A DNA stretch of 64,000 nt from Eledone cirrhosa (lineage: Eukaryota), in the NCBI GenBank assembly GCA_964016885.1, contig OZ024745.1, positions 123,814,001 to 123,878,000 of the forward strand. The letters are read 5' to 3'. Positions within the stretch are counted from its first letter, which is position 1; every line of letters begins with the position of its first letter. Of the stretch, positions 14,340-26,449 are shown piece after piece. The position numbers and the translations under genes were made by a program. The notes under the pieces are model-generated. The model had not been told where the DNA came from. It was given only the letters and a program-made list of their open reading frames with translations, and did not search any database.

Positions 14340-17300
14340 TTCTTTTATTTCAGATACAGAAAGAAAGCATATGCCCATTCCAACCCCCGCAAATATCCGC
14401 CCTCATCTTGCTCCTCTACCATTGATGGAAAATACACAAATTTCCGAATTGGCACTGTCAATGTGACCACAATGAAAGAAAGAACAGGAGAGATTGTAGA
14501 GATGCTAGAGTGGAAGAAAATTGATGTATGTTGTGTTTACAAGATACTAGATAGAGGGGAGTGTCAGCTATACTCCTTGTAGGCAAAAAATAGTGCTACA
14601 AGTAGGTATCTTATTAGCTGACGAATGAGTAAATAAGTTAATCTCTGTAATCGAGAGTGAATGTGAGAATCATTAAACTCAGACTACTCCTTAATGATCA
14701 AGGGCTACGATTTTATCTGCATACACACCCCGATCTGCATTTTCCCTAATGCACACTGTTGTGCTAACGAATGTCAGTGACTTCCTAATCATTGTGGGTA
14801 ACTTTAATGTACACACTGGAAAATACTGTCACAGCTTCTACAAAGTTCATGGAGGTTTGGTGCAAAAAAATGAAGAAGGTTTCAGGCTCTTAGAATTCTG
14901 TGACGGCAATGACATGTTGATATGTAACACAAACTTCAAAAAAGTTGACAACCGCCTGACCACCTATAGATCTGGTGAAGATGATGGTCAAATAGATTTT
15001 ATCCTTACCAGAAGACGAGATAGAGTGATGGTGGTAAACACGAAATCCTACCTTCATGAGGAGTGCACCTCTCTACATAACCTAGTGGTTAGTGACTTCA
15101 TTGTCATAGCTAAACGAACTTGGAAACAGAGAGTAACCTAGAGGAAAAGGATATGGAAGTTGAAAGAGCCCTCAGCCAGTAACAAATTTAGAGATATTTT
15201 GCTCAATGCCTTCAACAGTAAGGAAGAACAGATAGAGACATCCAATATAGAAGAGCATTGGGAGTTCCAGAAAGATGATCTACTGAAGGCGACAGATGAG
15301 ATCTGTGGACGGAGCAGGGCTACAGAGAGGAGAGTGGTGGAACAATAAGGTAGATGTGACAATTAAGTCCAAGAGACAGGCATGGAAAAAAATGGAAGAA
15401 CGGAGGAAGCAGGGTACATAGAGGTCAGGAGGGAAGCTATAGAGGACAAGTATACTTGGCAAGGAGGGAAGCAGTAGATAAACAATCCAAGCATGTTTTG
15501 CAGCTTGAAAACCAGAAACATATGAGGTAGCGTGTTAGGGAAAATTGTGATGTTATTGGTGAGAAGTATGTCCGTGATGATAAAGGCACACTTGCTTTCA
15601 CAGACGCCGAGAAGAAAGTTGCATGGAAGAGCCATTAGGAAAGATTACTGAATGAGGAGATTGCAGAGGAGAAAGAAACTCCTCCCCAAATGGACCCTAC
15701 AGAGGGCTCAGCCGTACAAGTCAGCAGAAGTGTAGTAAGTAAGGCAGCTGGTCCATTGGGGATAGTTGCTGAAAGCATCTGGGTCTGTAGGTCACACTAT
15801 AACCACACGTATCGTTAACCAGGTAATACTAGAGGGGGCCATACCAAAAGATTGGTGCAGTAGCATCATTGTCAACTGCTACAAAGGTAAAGGCGATGCA
15901 CTAGATAGAGGAAACTATAGAGGTATAAAGTTGATGGACCAGGTCATGAAAGTAACAGAAAGAGTTATAGCACAGCTGATTAGGGACCGGGTGAATATAG
16001 ACGAGATGCAATTTGGGTTTGTACCAGGGAAAGGCACCACTGATGCCCTCTTCCTTGTGAGGCAATTACAGGAAAAGTACCTAGCTAAAAGTAAGCCACT
16101 CTACTTGGCATTTGTCGACCTTGAGAAAGCCTTTGACAGAGTTCCACGTGCAGTAATCTGGTGGGCTCTTAGAAAACTAGGAGTAGATGAATGGCTTGTG
16201 AAAGCGGTACAAGCCATGTATAGGGGAGCAGTCAGCAAAGTTAGGATTGGCAATGAGTATAGCGAGGAATTTAGCGTACAGGTTGGGGTCCACCAGGGCT
16301 CTGTTCTTAGCCCTCTCCTGTTCATCATAGTCCTGCAGGCAATAACGGAGGAGTTTAAGACCGGATGCCCATGGGAACTCCTGTATGCTGATGACCTCGC
16401 ACTCATAGCTGAATCTATGGTAGAACTAGAGAATAAATTCCAAACCTGGAAGCAGGGACTAGAGAGAAAGGGCCTCAAAGTCAACATGACAAAGACTAAG
16501 GTCCTTGTAAGTAGACGAGAAAACAGAACCCAGATCCCCTCAGGGAAATGGCCTTGCTCAGTATGTAGGAAAGGTGTAGGTAGAAACTCCATTCTCTGCC
16601 CCAAATGCAAACAATGGGTACACAAGAGATGTAACGGGATCTCAGGAAGCTTAATTAAGAATGTAGGATTCACATGCAGCAGCTGTGCTGAAACAGCAAG
16701 CAAACAGCCACAGGAAACAAGTACCACCAATCTCTGGGAGGGCCCTGTAGAAACAGTAGACAGCTTCTGCTACCTAGGTGACCGAATTAGCAACGGAGGT
16801 GGGTGCTCAGAAAGTACAATAACTAGGGTAAGAACGGGATGGAAGAAGTTTAGGGAACTACTACCACTGCTAGCTGCAAAAGGCTTCTCCCTCAGAATGA
16901 AAGGCAGACTGTATGATGCGTGTATCCGAACAGCGATGTTGCATGGTAGTGAGACCTGGGCGCTGAAGGTGGAAGACTTACGTAGATTAGAGAGAAACGA
17001 AGCCTGCATGCTCCGATGGATGTGTAACAGTAATATACGTGAACGACAAAGCATAAAGGAATTGAGAGAGAGACTGAGCATAAGAGGAATCAAATGCTGC
17101 GTGCAGGAGAGGCGGTTACGCTGGTATGGACATGTGATGCGTATGAAGGATGACAGCTGCATAAAAAGGTGCAGAGCACTAGAAGTTGATGGAAACCGCG
17201 GAGTGGGGAGACCCAAGATGACTTGGGATGAGGTGATAAAAGCCGACCTTACCCAATTACACCTCTCAAAGTCAATGACACACGACCGTGACTTCTGGCG

Positions 17301-17649
17301 TCACGCAGTAATACAGGGTACCCGACCTCCCATGGGTACATGCTGAAGCATATAAACAATATGCCCCCCCCCCCCACCGCAAGGTGGTCGTGGAGGTACC
17401 ACGGCAAAAAAGCACCCAGCCCACACTGTAAAGTGGACGTGTAGGCGCCACGAAAAAGCACCCAGCACTCACTGTAAATGAGGTTGGTGTTAGGAAGGGC
17501 ATCCAGCTGTAGAAATCAAGCCAGATCAGTTCCTGTATGAGCAAGGCATGGTCAGCCGACCAGACACTGCCCACAACAGGACAACCCGTCTAACCCATGC
17601 TAGCGTGGAAGAACGGACGTAAAACGGTGATGATGATGATGATGATGAT
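14340..17649 (+). mobile_element. RTE-clade LINE, near full length
   Basis: APE endonuclease remnants from ~14442 (FRIGTVNVTTMK…, IIVGNFNVHTG, QIDFIL) with stops and frameshifts, followed by the RT ORF, a 3' UTR stem-loop and a (GAT)n tail. The 5' boundary is approximate. Confidence 0.92.
15766..17346 (+). CDS. Intact RT-containing ORF of the RTE LINE (526 aa) with an inserted PHD-like Zn finger
   Basis: NYRGIKL, QFGF, FVDLEKAFD, GVHQGSVLSP, LLYADD, FCYLG, RRLRWYGHV, GRPK motifs. It begins at a TTG next to a deletion, so the start is not a true initiator. Confidence 0.9.
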   Translation: MLKASGSVGHTITTRIVNQVILEGAIPKDWCSSIIVNCYKGKGDALDRGNYRGIKLMDQVMKVTERVIAQLIRDRVNIDEMQFGFVPGKGTTDALFLVRQLQEKYLAKSKPLYLAFVDLEKAFDRVPRAVIWWALRKLGVDEWLVKAVQAMYRGAVSKVRIGNEYSEEFSVQVGVHQGSVLSPLLFIIVLQAITEEFKTGCPWELLYADDLALIAESMVELENKFQTWKQGLERKGLKVNMTKTKVLVSRRENRTQIPSGKWPCSVCRKGVGRNSILCPKCKQWVHKRCNGISGSLIKNVGFTCSSCAETASKQPQETSTTNLWEGPVETVDSFCYLGDRISNGGGCSESTITRVRTGWKKFRELLPLLAAKGFSLRMKGRLYDACIRTAMLHGSETWALKVEDLRRLERNEACMLRWMCNSNIRERQSIKELRERLSIRGIKCCVQERRLRWYGHVMRMKDDSCIKRCRALEVDGNRGVGRPKMTWDEVIKADLTQLHLSKSMTHDRDFWRHAVIQGTRPPMGTC

Positions 17650-19340
17650 CTGGGTCGATGGGTCACACCTTAACCATGCGTATTGTAAACGACACAGACA
17701 CAAATGAACACACACATGTGTGCACATTCACCCACACACACACACACATGTACGCACACACATATATATATTGGAAGGTGCACATGGGCCCATACACAAT
17801 ATTGTTATCTAAAGTAAACATATATTTAGTCTCACTATGAGTGTTTTAACCACCACTCTCTAACTGAGTTCAACAGTTACGGCTTGCCACAAGGTGATTG
17901 ACCTGAATTAGTTTGTTCTCTAATATCAGAGACATGGTAGGTGGTCACTATTTCAGCTCTATAGTTGAAGCTAATTTTCAGGTTACCATTTTCCCCTCCA
18001 ACAATCATGTCCTTCTACTTAACAAGAGGACAACGGACAAATACAGAATGGCTAGAAATTTCAAAGCAATCCTGTATTTGTCTATTGTACATTTTACTAC
18101 CAATATTATAATGAGAAACAGTTGCTGAAAATCAGATCATTTTGTTCAGCTTAAATGCAAACAACATGATTAATTAAAAGCTGCAAACATCACAATTAAT
18201 TGAAACACCAATAATCAAATCTGATTTTCAAAAATGGTGACTGGGAAACAGTAACCTAGGTGATGCCAACCTTTTACAAGGGATGGAATTCCATTCTTTT
18301 TAGATCATTACTCACCAGAGTACTCGATACTTGGGGTAGTAGAGTGGGTAATATGAAAAGAGTCAGGACCCTGACGGCTGAGCTCCGGCCGTTTTGACAG
18401 CTAGATCCGAAAAATAGAAGAACGACTTCACTGGTGGTTGATGTTCTTTAATAGTCCAATTCTTTATACTAACTCAATATTGAAGTTATAGTTTCAAGAA
18501 TCCTTATTTTTTATTTGTAATTCTTGAGTTTTCCCAAGAGGTTGCAATTTCTTAACTATTTTCCTTGAGAAGCTGATCTCACTGAGAAATGTTATTTAAT
18601 TTGATCAATATTCATGTATCTAAAAAGCAGTAAATAAGTTTAGATTAACGGTCACCCTTTGAGGAATGTGAGAAATACAGCTGGTTCTTTGGCATTCTTT
18701 CAATTCTAGATAGGCACTTAAACAGGAAGGTTGAATGTTGAATCACTTAAACTACTTTATCAGATTTCCTTGGGATTTCAGGGTCAGGAGCCTTCCAAGG
18801 AGATCTTTCAGTTTGTGAGATTCCTACTGAGTTACATATATTAATCATATGTTGCAAGCAAAGAAAGAAAAGAACTTTGTAAATTGTATTTTGACACTGC
18901 ATAGTTTCACTTCATTCTCTAGCTTAGCAGATTCTAATAAACATTTACTGCGCGTATGTGACCTAATCTTTGAACTATTAATTCATGTTTGGCATTTGTG
19001 GTGAATTCTATTAGAATTTATAAGTGTGTCTTATCTTGTAAGCTGAAAACAGATCCTAGTTGTATTGCTCTGTCAAGAAACACTGTTAATATTATAATAA
19101 AAATGCTGTTTATTAAGGTATTGATGCTTTGTAATTAAATAAATGGAAACAGTTGGCAACTATTGGAATTGGTCATTTTCAAGGAAATGCTTGATTCTGT
19201 GTTGCCTTAGTAATAGATTAACCAAAATTAGGATTCTATATATTAGAATACTGAAAAGAAGAATATTGCTATTTTAACAGTCTGCCAGTCAAACTCTACT
19301 GTAGGTGACAGTGGAAATTCTGCAATGATGCATCAGGCAT

Positions 19341-19575
19341 TTAACCCTTTCGTGACCATATTTCTAATGACAGGCATTGTTTGTCTGTCACCAATAATGT
19401 TGAAAACAAACAAGAATTGTTCATTGTTAAGCTAGTGTTCAGAACAAAACTTAATAAAGAATCTTACATAACATTATCCTAGGAGGTTTTCAGAAAAATA
19501 TAAACACTTTTAAATAAAGAGCTTTGTGTCATAGAACAAAGGAAGGTTGTAGGCAGTTTGGTATTTAAAGGGTTC
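19341..19575. mobile_element. piggyBac-derived MITE family 2
   Basis: ttaaccctttcgtgaccatatttc…aaagggtt. Relatives at ~39992-40247, 60945-61175 and 63719-63975. Confidence 0.65.
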
Positions 19576-19789
19576 AATTTAGTTGAAGTGGATATGAATT
19601 TGTTTGAAAATTGAAGGTAATCATGATTTAACTAACCTTTGGAAAGACAGGTATCTTTTAAATATTGTGTCTTGCTATGAGTACCATCATCATTTTACAT
19701 CCAAACAGTAATTTCTGTTAGCATGGGTTGGATAGGTCTTTGTGGTCTAAGACTAGATGACTCAGAGAACCATCTCTTTCTCATACATT

Positions 19790-20050
19790 CAAAATATGGA
19801 AACCTTGAGTTGAATAAAGAAAAGAGTTTGCATAGATTCTTTAAGGAGTTTAACCTAACAGTAACTATAGATACTAATAATAGAGAAGTGAACTTTCTTG
19901 ACATAGATTTAAACCTAGTGTCCGGTCTATACAAAACCTTTCATAAACTGGGTGAACATCAATTCTACATTATCAGTCTTACCATCCAAGATCAATACTA
20001 AAATCTATGGTTAACAAAGTATCTAACCACATCACTAGACTTTCCCCAAG
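19790..20050 (+). pseudogene. Penelope-like element (PLE) reverse transcriptase fragment
   Basis: LHRFFKEFNLTVTIDTNNREVNFLDIDLNLVSGLYKTFHK, then after a frameshift YQSYHPRSILKSMVNKVSNHITRLS. This matches the PLE RT 'VNFLD…SxHP' region. Confidence 0.75.
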
Positions 20051-20282
20051 CCAGGCTGGCTTTGCTCATGTTCTTGATTCATGTTGTGTTGAATTTAATC
20101 TTTCTGAATACTCTAGGTGACCTGCAAGTGAGTTTATATAATATGTGAATAATTAATTGATTAATTATAACTAATTGATCCATCGTTTGCATGTATATAC
20201 AAGTTTCCCACCTCTCTAGAAATGATTGTGGAGATTAAAAATGGAGTTAATTTAAAAACCTTAGTTTTTTTAAAATTTATAT

Positions 20283-20495
20283 CAGGGGCGAAGAGTCCAT
20301 GCATGCGTTACAAAATCTTGAGTTGATCAATTGCGTTGGTTGAAGCGAGCAGAATTTTGGCTGCTTACTAAAACGTATAGACACAAAAAAAGAAAACACA
20401 CATACACACAAACACACACACATACACACAAACACACGACAGCTTTGGGGCAAGCAGAATTTTGACTGCTTACTAAATCGTAGACACATAAAAAG

Positions 20496-20529
<34 letters not shown>

Positions 20530-20665
20530 ATAACACTACATGCGGCTTTGACCGGGAGGGTCATTTAGAGGGATTGGGGGGGGGGGGGGTAAGGCTGCAC
20601 AGCCCCACTTTCCGCCATGGTGATTGGACTGCATGCCCTGCTTTCCAGGTTACCCTTCACCACTG
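20283..20665. mobile_element. Non-autonomous DNA transposon (MITE)
   Basis: TIR caggggcgaag / cttcaccactg in a TATA context, with an internal tandem duplication (gcagaattttg.ctgcttactaaa…). Confidence 0.55.
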
Positions 20666-20979
20666 ATATATATACATAAAGTGATTAGGTATCAAGAGAG
20701 AGAAGAGAATAGAAAGATGGTCGATACATATATTTAGTTGCCAATAGTTTATGTGTGCTCAATACTCGTACCTACAGAATTAAATATTAGAGGCGTCAAT
20801 GTTTAGTGGGCGAGAAAAAATAAGCAGAGCGATTATAAAGGAAATGAATACAAAGAGTTTAAAACCGTTAAAACATGTTTATATAATTGTGCACCTACGT
20901 ATGTTTCACCCTTAGCAGGCATATCAAGGGCATGGTAAGCAAAATAATATTCAATATAGGACCCTGGGTTGTTATTTCA

Positions 20980-21051
20980 CTGAGGAACTGGAATCATATA
21001 TATGATTCCAGTTCCTCAGAGAAATGGTTAAGATTTAAATCTTAACCATTT
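20980..21051. repeat. Two adjacent perfect palindromes (40 bp and 30 bp)
   Basis: ctgaggaactggaatcatat|atatgattccagttcctcag (20980-21019) and aaatggttaagattt|aaatcttaaccattt (21022-21051). Confidence 0.9.
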
Positions 21052-21077
21052 AACATCTCAGGGTATGTCATGTATCA

Positions 21078-21138
21078 TTATATTTTGTCTGATGAGGACG
21101 TACTGTTGTACCTCCGAAATATGTATAATAAAATGTAA
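21078..21138 (+). ncRNA. Minimal type I hammerhead ribozyme
   Basis: Stem I ttatattttgt/ataaaatgtaa (11 bp, 2 GU). CTGATGA at 21089-95. Stem II GGAcGTAC-tgtt-GTACcTCC. GAAA, short quasi-palindromic stem III, ATA cleavage triplet. Confidence 0.75.
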
Positions 21139-21273
21139 TTGATCAAAATAACATCTATTTTATTAATAATTATATTTTAATATTAATAACTCCAGAAAAT
21201 TATTTATTGTTGAGTGCTTCCAATCTGCTGTAAAACTCATTCTTTGACATAATCATTGAATATTGTTTAACAA

Positions 21274-21317
<44 letters not shown>

Positions 21318-21359
21318 GTATATATATATAGTATGTGTGTGTGTGTATATATATATGGA

Positions 21360-21391
<32 letters not shown>

Positions 21392-21542
21392 AAATAGGGA
21401 GACACAAAGCAGGCTTTATTTACAAACAGCTAGCGAACTTGAAAATTAGGTAGTAACATGTGCTTACGCTGCATTTGACTAAATAGAATTTTTTTCCATT
21501 GTGAAATTTGTGGTCTTGTTTTGCTTAACTAATGAATATATA

Positions 21543-22019
<477 letters not shown>

Positions 22020-22611
22020 CAGGCTGCCAACTCGTTTTCGAGTACGGCCACTACTTTATATCCATGTAGGAGGACCCCTACCAATGCGCTGAACAAGCGT
22101 GACTTTTTAGTCCAGCCAGCGACTTGAAAACTCTGGTACAAACACTACACTTGTGACAATTATTGACACATAGTGCTGGACCCAAGGGTAGAGAGATCTC
22201 CAGATACAAAGCAATGCCTGTGCCGTGAAGCTTTTATAGTGAGAAAAGGCACTGCACAAAGCCAGTCCCACTCTCTTAACTAAGATGATATTTACCAAAA
22301 AGAAGAACAAGTCAACATCATTTGATACCATCAGGGTTGCAGGTGTTATATCAGAGTTTTCCTTCTCCTAGAATTCTGCCTTGAAAAAGGCTAAGGGGTC
22401 ATCTCTCCCGGTGATTTTGGATGGCCATTGACTCTTAAGAGCTCCTTTGCCCTTTGACAGGTTTTGTTTTTAGTCCTGCAGGATATCCAAAGTCACCCTC
22501 CTCACCAAGAAACCTTGGTGGGGTTGCCAGTTTAGTCGCCAACGACCCGACCATGAGACAGGTTGTACTGGGATACATGTTACCAGTAGCACCAACTGGT
22601 GACCTGACTAA
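22020..22611 (-). mobile_element. ~590 bp non-coding retroposon-like element inserted in (TATG)n
   Basis: GC-richer island with (TACA)n on both sides. A second diverged copy lies at 803-990. No ORF with recognisable motifs. Confidence 0.6.
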
Positions 22612-22621
22612 CATACATACA

Positions 22622-22655
<34 letters not shown>

Positions 22656-22697
22656 CATACATATATACATACATACATATATACATACATATATACA

Positions 22698-22731
<34 letters not shown>

Positions 22732-22790
22732 CATACATATATACATACATACATATATACATACATACATACATACATACATACATACAC
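22612..22790. repeat. (TACA)n/(TA)n compound microsatellite
   Basis: Direct reading. Confidence 0.95.
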
Positions 22791-22913
22791 ACAGGCATTG
22801 TTTGTCTGTCACCAATAATAAATTTTAAAGAAGTGAATCTTTAAATAAAATATATTTAATCAACAGCTACGAAATTGAGTAGATAAATTATATAATATTC
22901 ATTCATTATTTAT

Positions 22914-23515
22914 TCAAATCCCGCCGAGTTTAACTTTGCCGTTCATCCTTTCGGGGTCGATAAAATAAAGTACCAGTAATGCACTGGGTAATCGCTGGCC
23001 TTGTGCCAAAAGTAGAAACAATAATTTATTCAAAGTGGATTGGCAGTATCGGTAGATGGTCGGACGCCATGTTTTGACGCAAAGAGTTACTGCCCTTTCC
23101 ATTCTGAGTTCAAATCCCGCCAAGGTTAACTTTGCCTTTCATCCTTACGGGGTCGATAAAATAAAGTACTAGTAATACACTGGGTAATTGCTGGCCTTGT
23201 GCCAAAAGTAGAAACAATTATTTATTCAAAGTATTCCAACTTATTTTACTAATGGGATAAAAAAAATTATAAACCGTACGCAGTCCCGCACTCATTACTT
23301 TATTTTAGTTTAGATTATGGTGACGGTGGATTGGCAGTATCAGTAGAGCGCCAGATACCATGCTTTGCAGTGTAGAGTTATGGCCCCTTACGTTCTGAGT
23401 TCAAATTCCGCCGAGGTTAGCTTTGCCTGTCATGCTTACGGGGTTGATAAAATAAAGCACCAGTAATTCACTGGGATAATTGCTGGCCTTTTGCCGAAAG
23501 TAGAAACAATTATTA
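22914..23515 (+). mobile_element. Cluster of three SINE family B copies
   Basis: 5'-truncated copy 22914-23025, full copies ~23034-23222 and ~23318-23515. Confidence 0.8.
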
Positions 23516-23575
23516 TCATTATTGCGACTTTGCATTTGGATATCAACATTTAATTATCATGACATATATATATAT

Positions 23576-23706
23576 TTATAACTATGGATCTACACCAGTG
23601 ACTCAAGAGCCTTGAGTTTCATGCCTAAGAACACTTATTCAAATAAGTGGCTTTAGGCATGAAATTTTAGGCTCTTGAGTCACTGGTGTAGCTTCGTAGT
23701 TATAAT
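23576..23706. repeat. Fold-back inverted repeat containing the 3' half of a hammerhead
   Basis: Arms of ~63 bp. The minus strand of the left arm reads GAAAC-TCAAG-gct-CTTGA-GTC. Confidence 0.75.
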
Positions 23707-24859
23707 AAAATATACATAGCTCCACTTATATATTCAGTTTTCTCTCTCTCTCTTTCTCTCTCTATCTTTCTATCTCTCTGTATTTCTCTTTCTCCCTCTC
23801 ATATGTTTGTGTAATACATATATGGTTCTGTATATATAATGCATATTTCTTCATCTACTTCCTCTTTTTATTATTATAGGTTTTTTATGGTGTATTTTGT
23901 GGGTTCTGTATTCTGTTTTCTTTAATTTTTTAATTTGTTTGTTGAATAAGATATTCTTTAGAGCATCTCTTGATCATAAGATTGCTCTAATGAGGAAAAA
24001 ATGAAAATAGATATTGATTCTTTATTAATATATCTTTTAAAAAGGTTTATTTTTGTTTATGTCTTATTGAATTGGTATATTAACTATTTTCTTATCCTTG
24101 TTGTTGTTGTTCCGTCATCTTCTGCAGCAGACATGTCTGTTGTGAGCTTGTGACTTTCTGAAAAAATATCAGATTACTTTAAAAATGTTATGTATTTTTT
24201 TATATATTTGTTGTTTGTGTCTAAGCAGTACATAGAGAAGTGACGAATCTTTTCTTGTGTTTTTTCCTCCCCCCACTTGGATAAGAAAAAAACGTTATAT
24301 TTTTAAATTTGCCATCAGACAATTTTTAAAAAATGTTGGTAAACATGGCTTCTATAGTGGTGAGGGTTGGATGATTTCCGTACAAAAGTAGTAGCAACAT
24401 TTACACCACCACTCCCTCCAACAAAATGTACATATTATATTATAGACAAACAGAAAAAGAAAAAGACAGTTATAGAGACAGGACATATTTGCAAAAATAG
24501 ACATTTTCACCTGAACACTCACAAATGGTGAAAGCCAGAATATTAATAGCAACTTTGCTACTGCAGTGAATTAGAAAATCCACTGGACTTAGATCAGTCT
24601 CAGAGGGAAAAAATATAAAAGCTTAAAGACATTGGAGGACTGTTATAAAGGACAGTGCCTTCTTACCCAGAGGAATACACCCTGGCAAGGGGTAAATAAT
24701 ATTCTTCTGTCTTTTCAGAAATAGTGAGCATTTTCATTTATAATCGGAAAAATCCATGGTGGAATTATGTCCTTTTCCATGGACAGGAGTAGGGCATATG
24801 GAAGTGTGTACCTGATCTTTAAGATCAAGAAGGCCAGACAATTAATGCAGATCATCATC

Positions 24860-25385
24860 ATTTGATGGCCTCATCTGAAACCAACTCAACAATTCATCTC
24901 TACATGGGTCATTGCCGCCGCCAAGTCCTGGATTTCAATACCAGAATCTCTGGAGATGACATCGGGGTAGGAGAGCTTGCACCCCCTGTTATTAGTGACT
25001 GCTGGTGATTTCCAAAGCACTAATGGGGACACAGCCTCATAGGTGGCACGATGGCAGTGGCCAGCACATCTTACTCTCCTTTTATGTACAACGACAGATA
25101 TGCGTGGGAGGCCGGCATATATCTCTCTCAAAGTCAGATGTCGCCAGCTTATCTTCTGAATGCATTGAATCAGGCGAGTGTAGATGCCATAAAGGTGCTT
25201 TTGTTGTTTGGAGATAGTGCACCACATGCCTGTCCATGGGTTGATAAGGCAGTATAAGTATGGTCCCATAACTCCTGCTGGAGTTGTAGGGATGCCATAA
25301 TGACATACAGTGTTTCTTAGACAGTTTAAGCCTGCTGCAGCCCATCCCTCTCCAGGTCTGAACACAGCAGATTTCCTCCAGAGAA
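24860..25385 (-). mobile_element. Degenerate RTE-like LINE 3' fragment
   Basis: …YTRLIQCIQKISWRHLTLREIYAGLPRIS…RRVRCAGHCHRA…VSPLVLW, followed by a short (GAT) tail. Confidence 0.7.
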
Positions 25386-26449
25386 GGATAGAAAGTGAGA
25401 AAGATATAAATGAAGAATCAACCTTAGAACTAGACTGGTACTTTTTATTGATCTCAGAAGGATGAAAGGTAAAGTTGACTTCAGCAAGATTTGAAATTAG
25501 GGAGCCAGACCGAATATTGCAAAGCATTCTATCCAACATTCTAATGAATCTGCCAATTCAATGCCTCAAGAAAATATATGGGATGGTAGAAAGCAAGGCT
25601 TGAAGTCAGTAACACTGATAGCAATGTTAACCATTGGCATGTTCTCAGCTTTGCAGCATTGTCCTGGCAGGTGGCAAGCACAGGCATAACATAGAGTAAG
25701 ATCTGGTCAGGTGTCTATGTAGACATACAAGACCTGATAATCACTGACTACCACAAGGCTATTCCAGAGTTGTACCTCAATGTGGGAGCAGAAGTAAAAG
25801 CAATTAGACTGGTATTGCAAGGCAGAAAGGCCAGTTGCTATACATATAGCAGTTAGAGTAACTTGAGGACTTTGTCCAGAACAATTAGAAAAGCAAAGAA
25901 AGAAACAAAGTGTCAACAACAACTGTAACAGAAATGGCTGTTTCCTGATCACTGTTTGTCATTGCTCTAAAGAAAAGGGGAAAATCCTAGGTGAGATACT
26001 TCTGGAAAGAAGCCTCTTGAAAACTGAAAAGCAGTAAAAAAAAAAGTAAATGTCTTAGAAATTAGAAAACAAAAAGAAGAAATAAAAGAAAGGAAATGAG
26101 ACCCAACTAAAGAAATGTAAGACTAATAGCTACACATAGAAATAATTAACTAATTGTCTAATAAAAGAAGACAGTATGAAATACGTGCTGATTGAACACT
26201 AGAATGGTTGTCATTTTTTCTGAAGAGTTCTTTATCTTATGTTGTCTCCCTGAAACTAGCCTGGTCAGAGGATGTGAAACAGTATTAAGGGTTTAAGCCA
26301 AGAGACAGGTGTGGAATAACTTAAAAATGGGAGCAGCAAGGATCAGTACCAAGTAGATAAAAGAGAAGTTAGATAACTGGTATACATAGCATGTTAAGAA
26401 GCAGAATATTCTCAAATCTCTCATTGGATATGCTAATAACATTGGCTAT

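Noticed and set aside
16101-17216. Long minus-strand ORFs over the LINE
   Set aside because: Antisense shadows of the RT ORF with no motifs.
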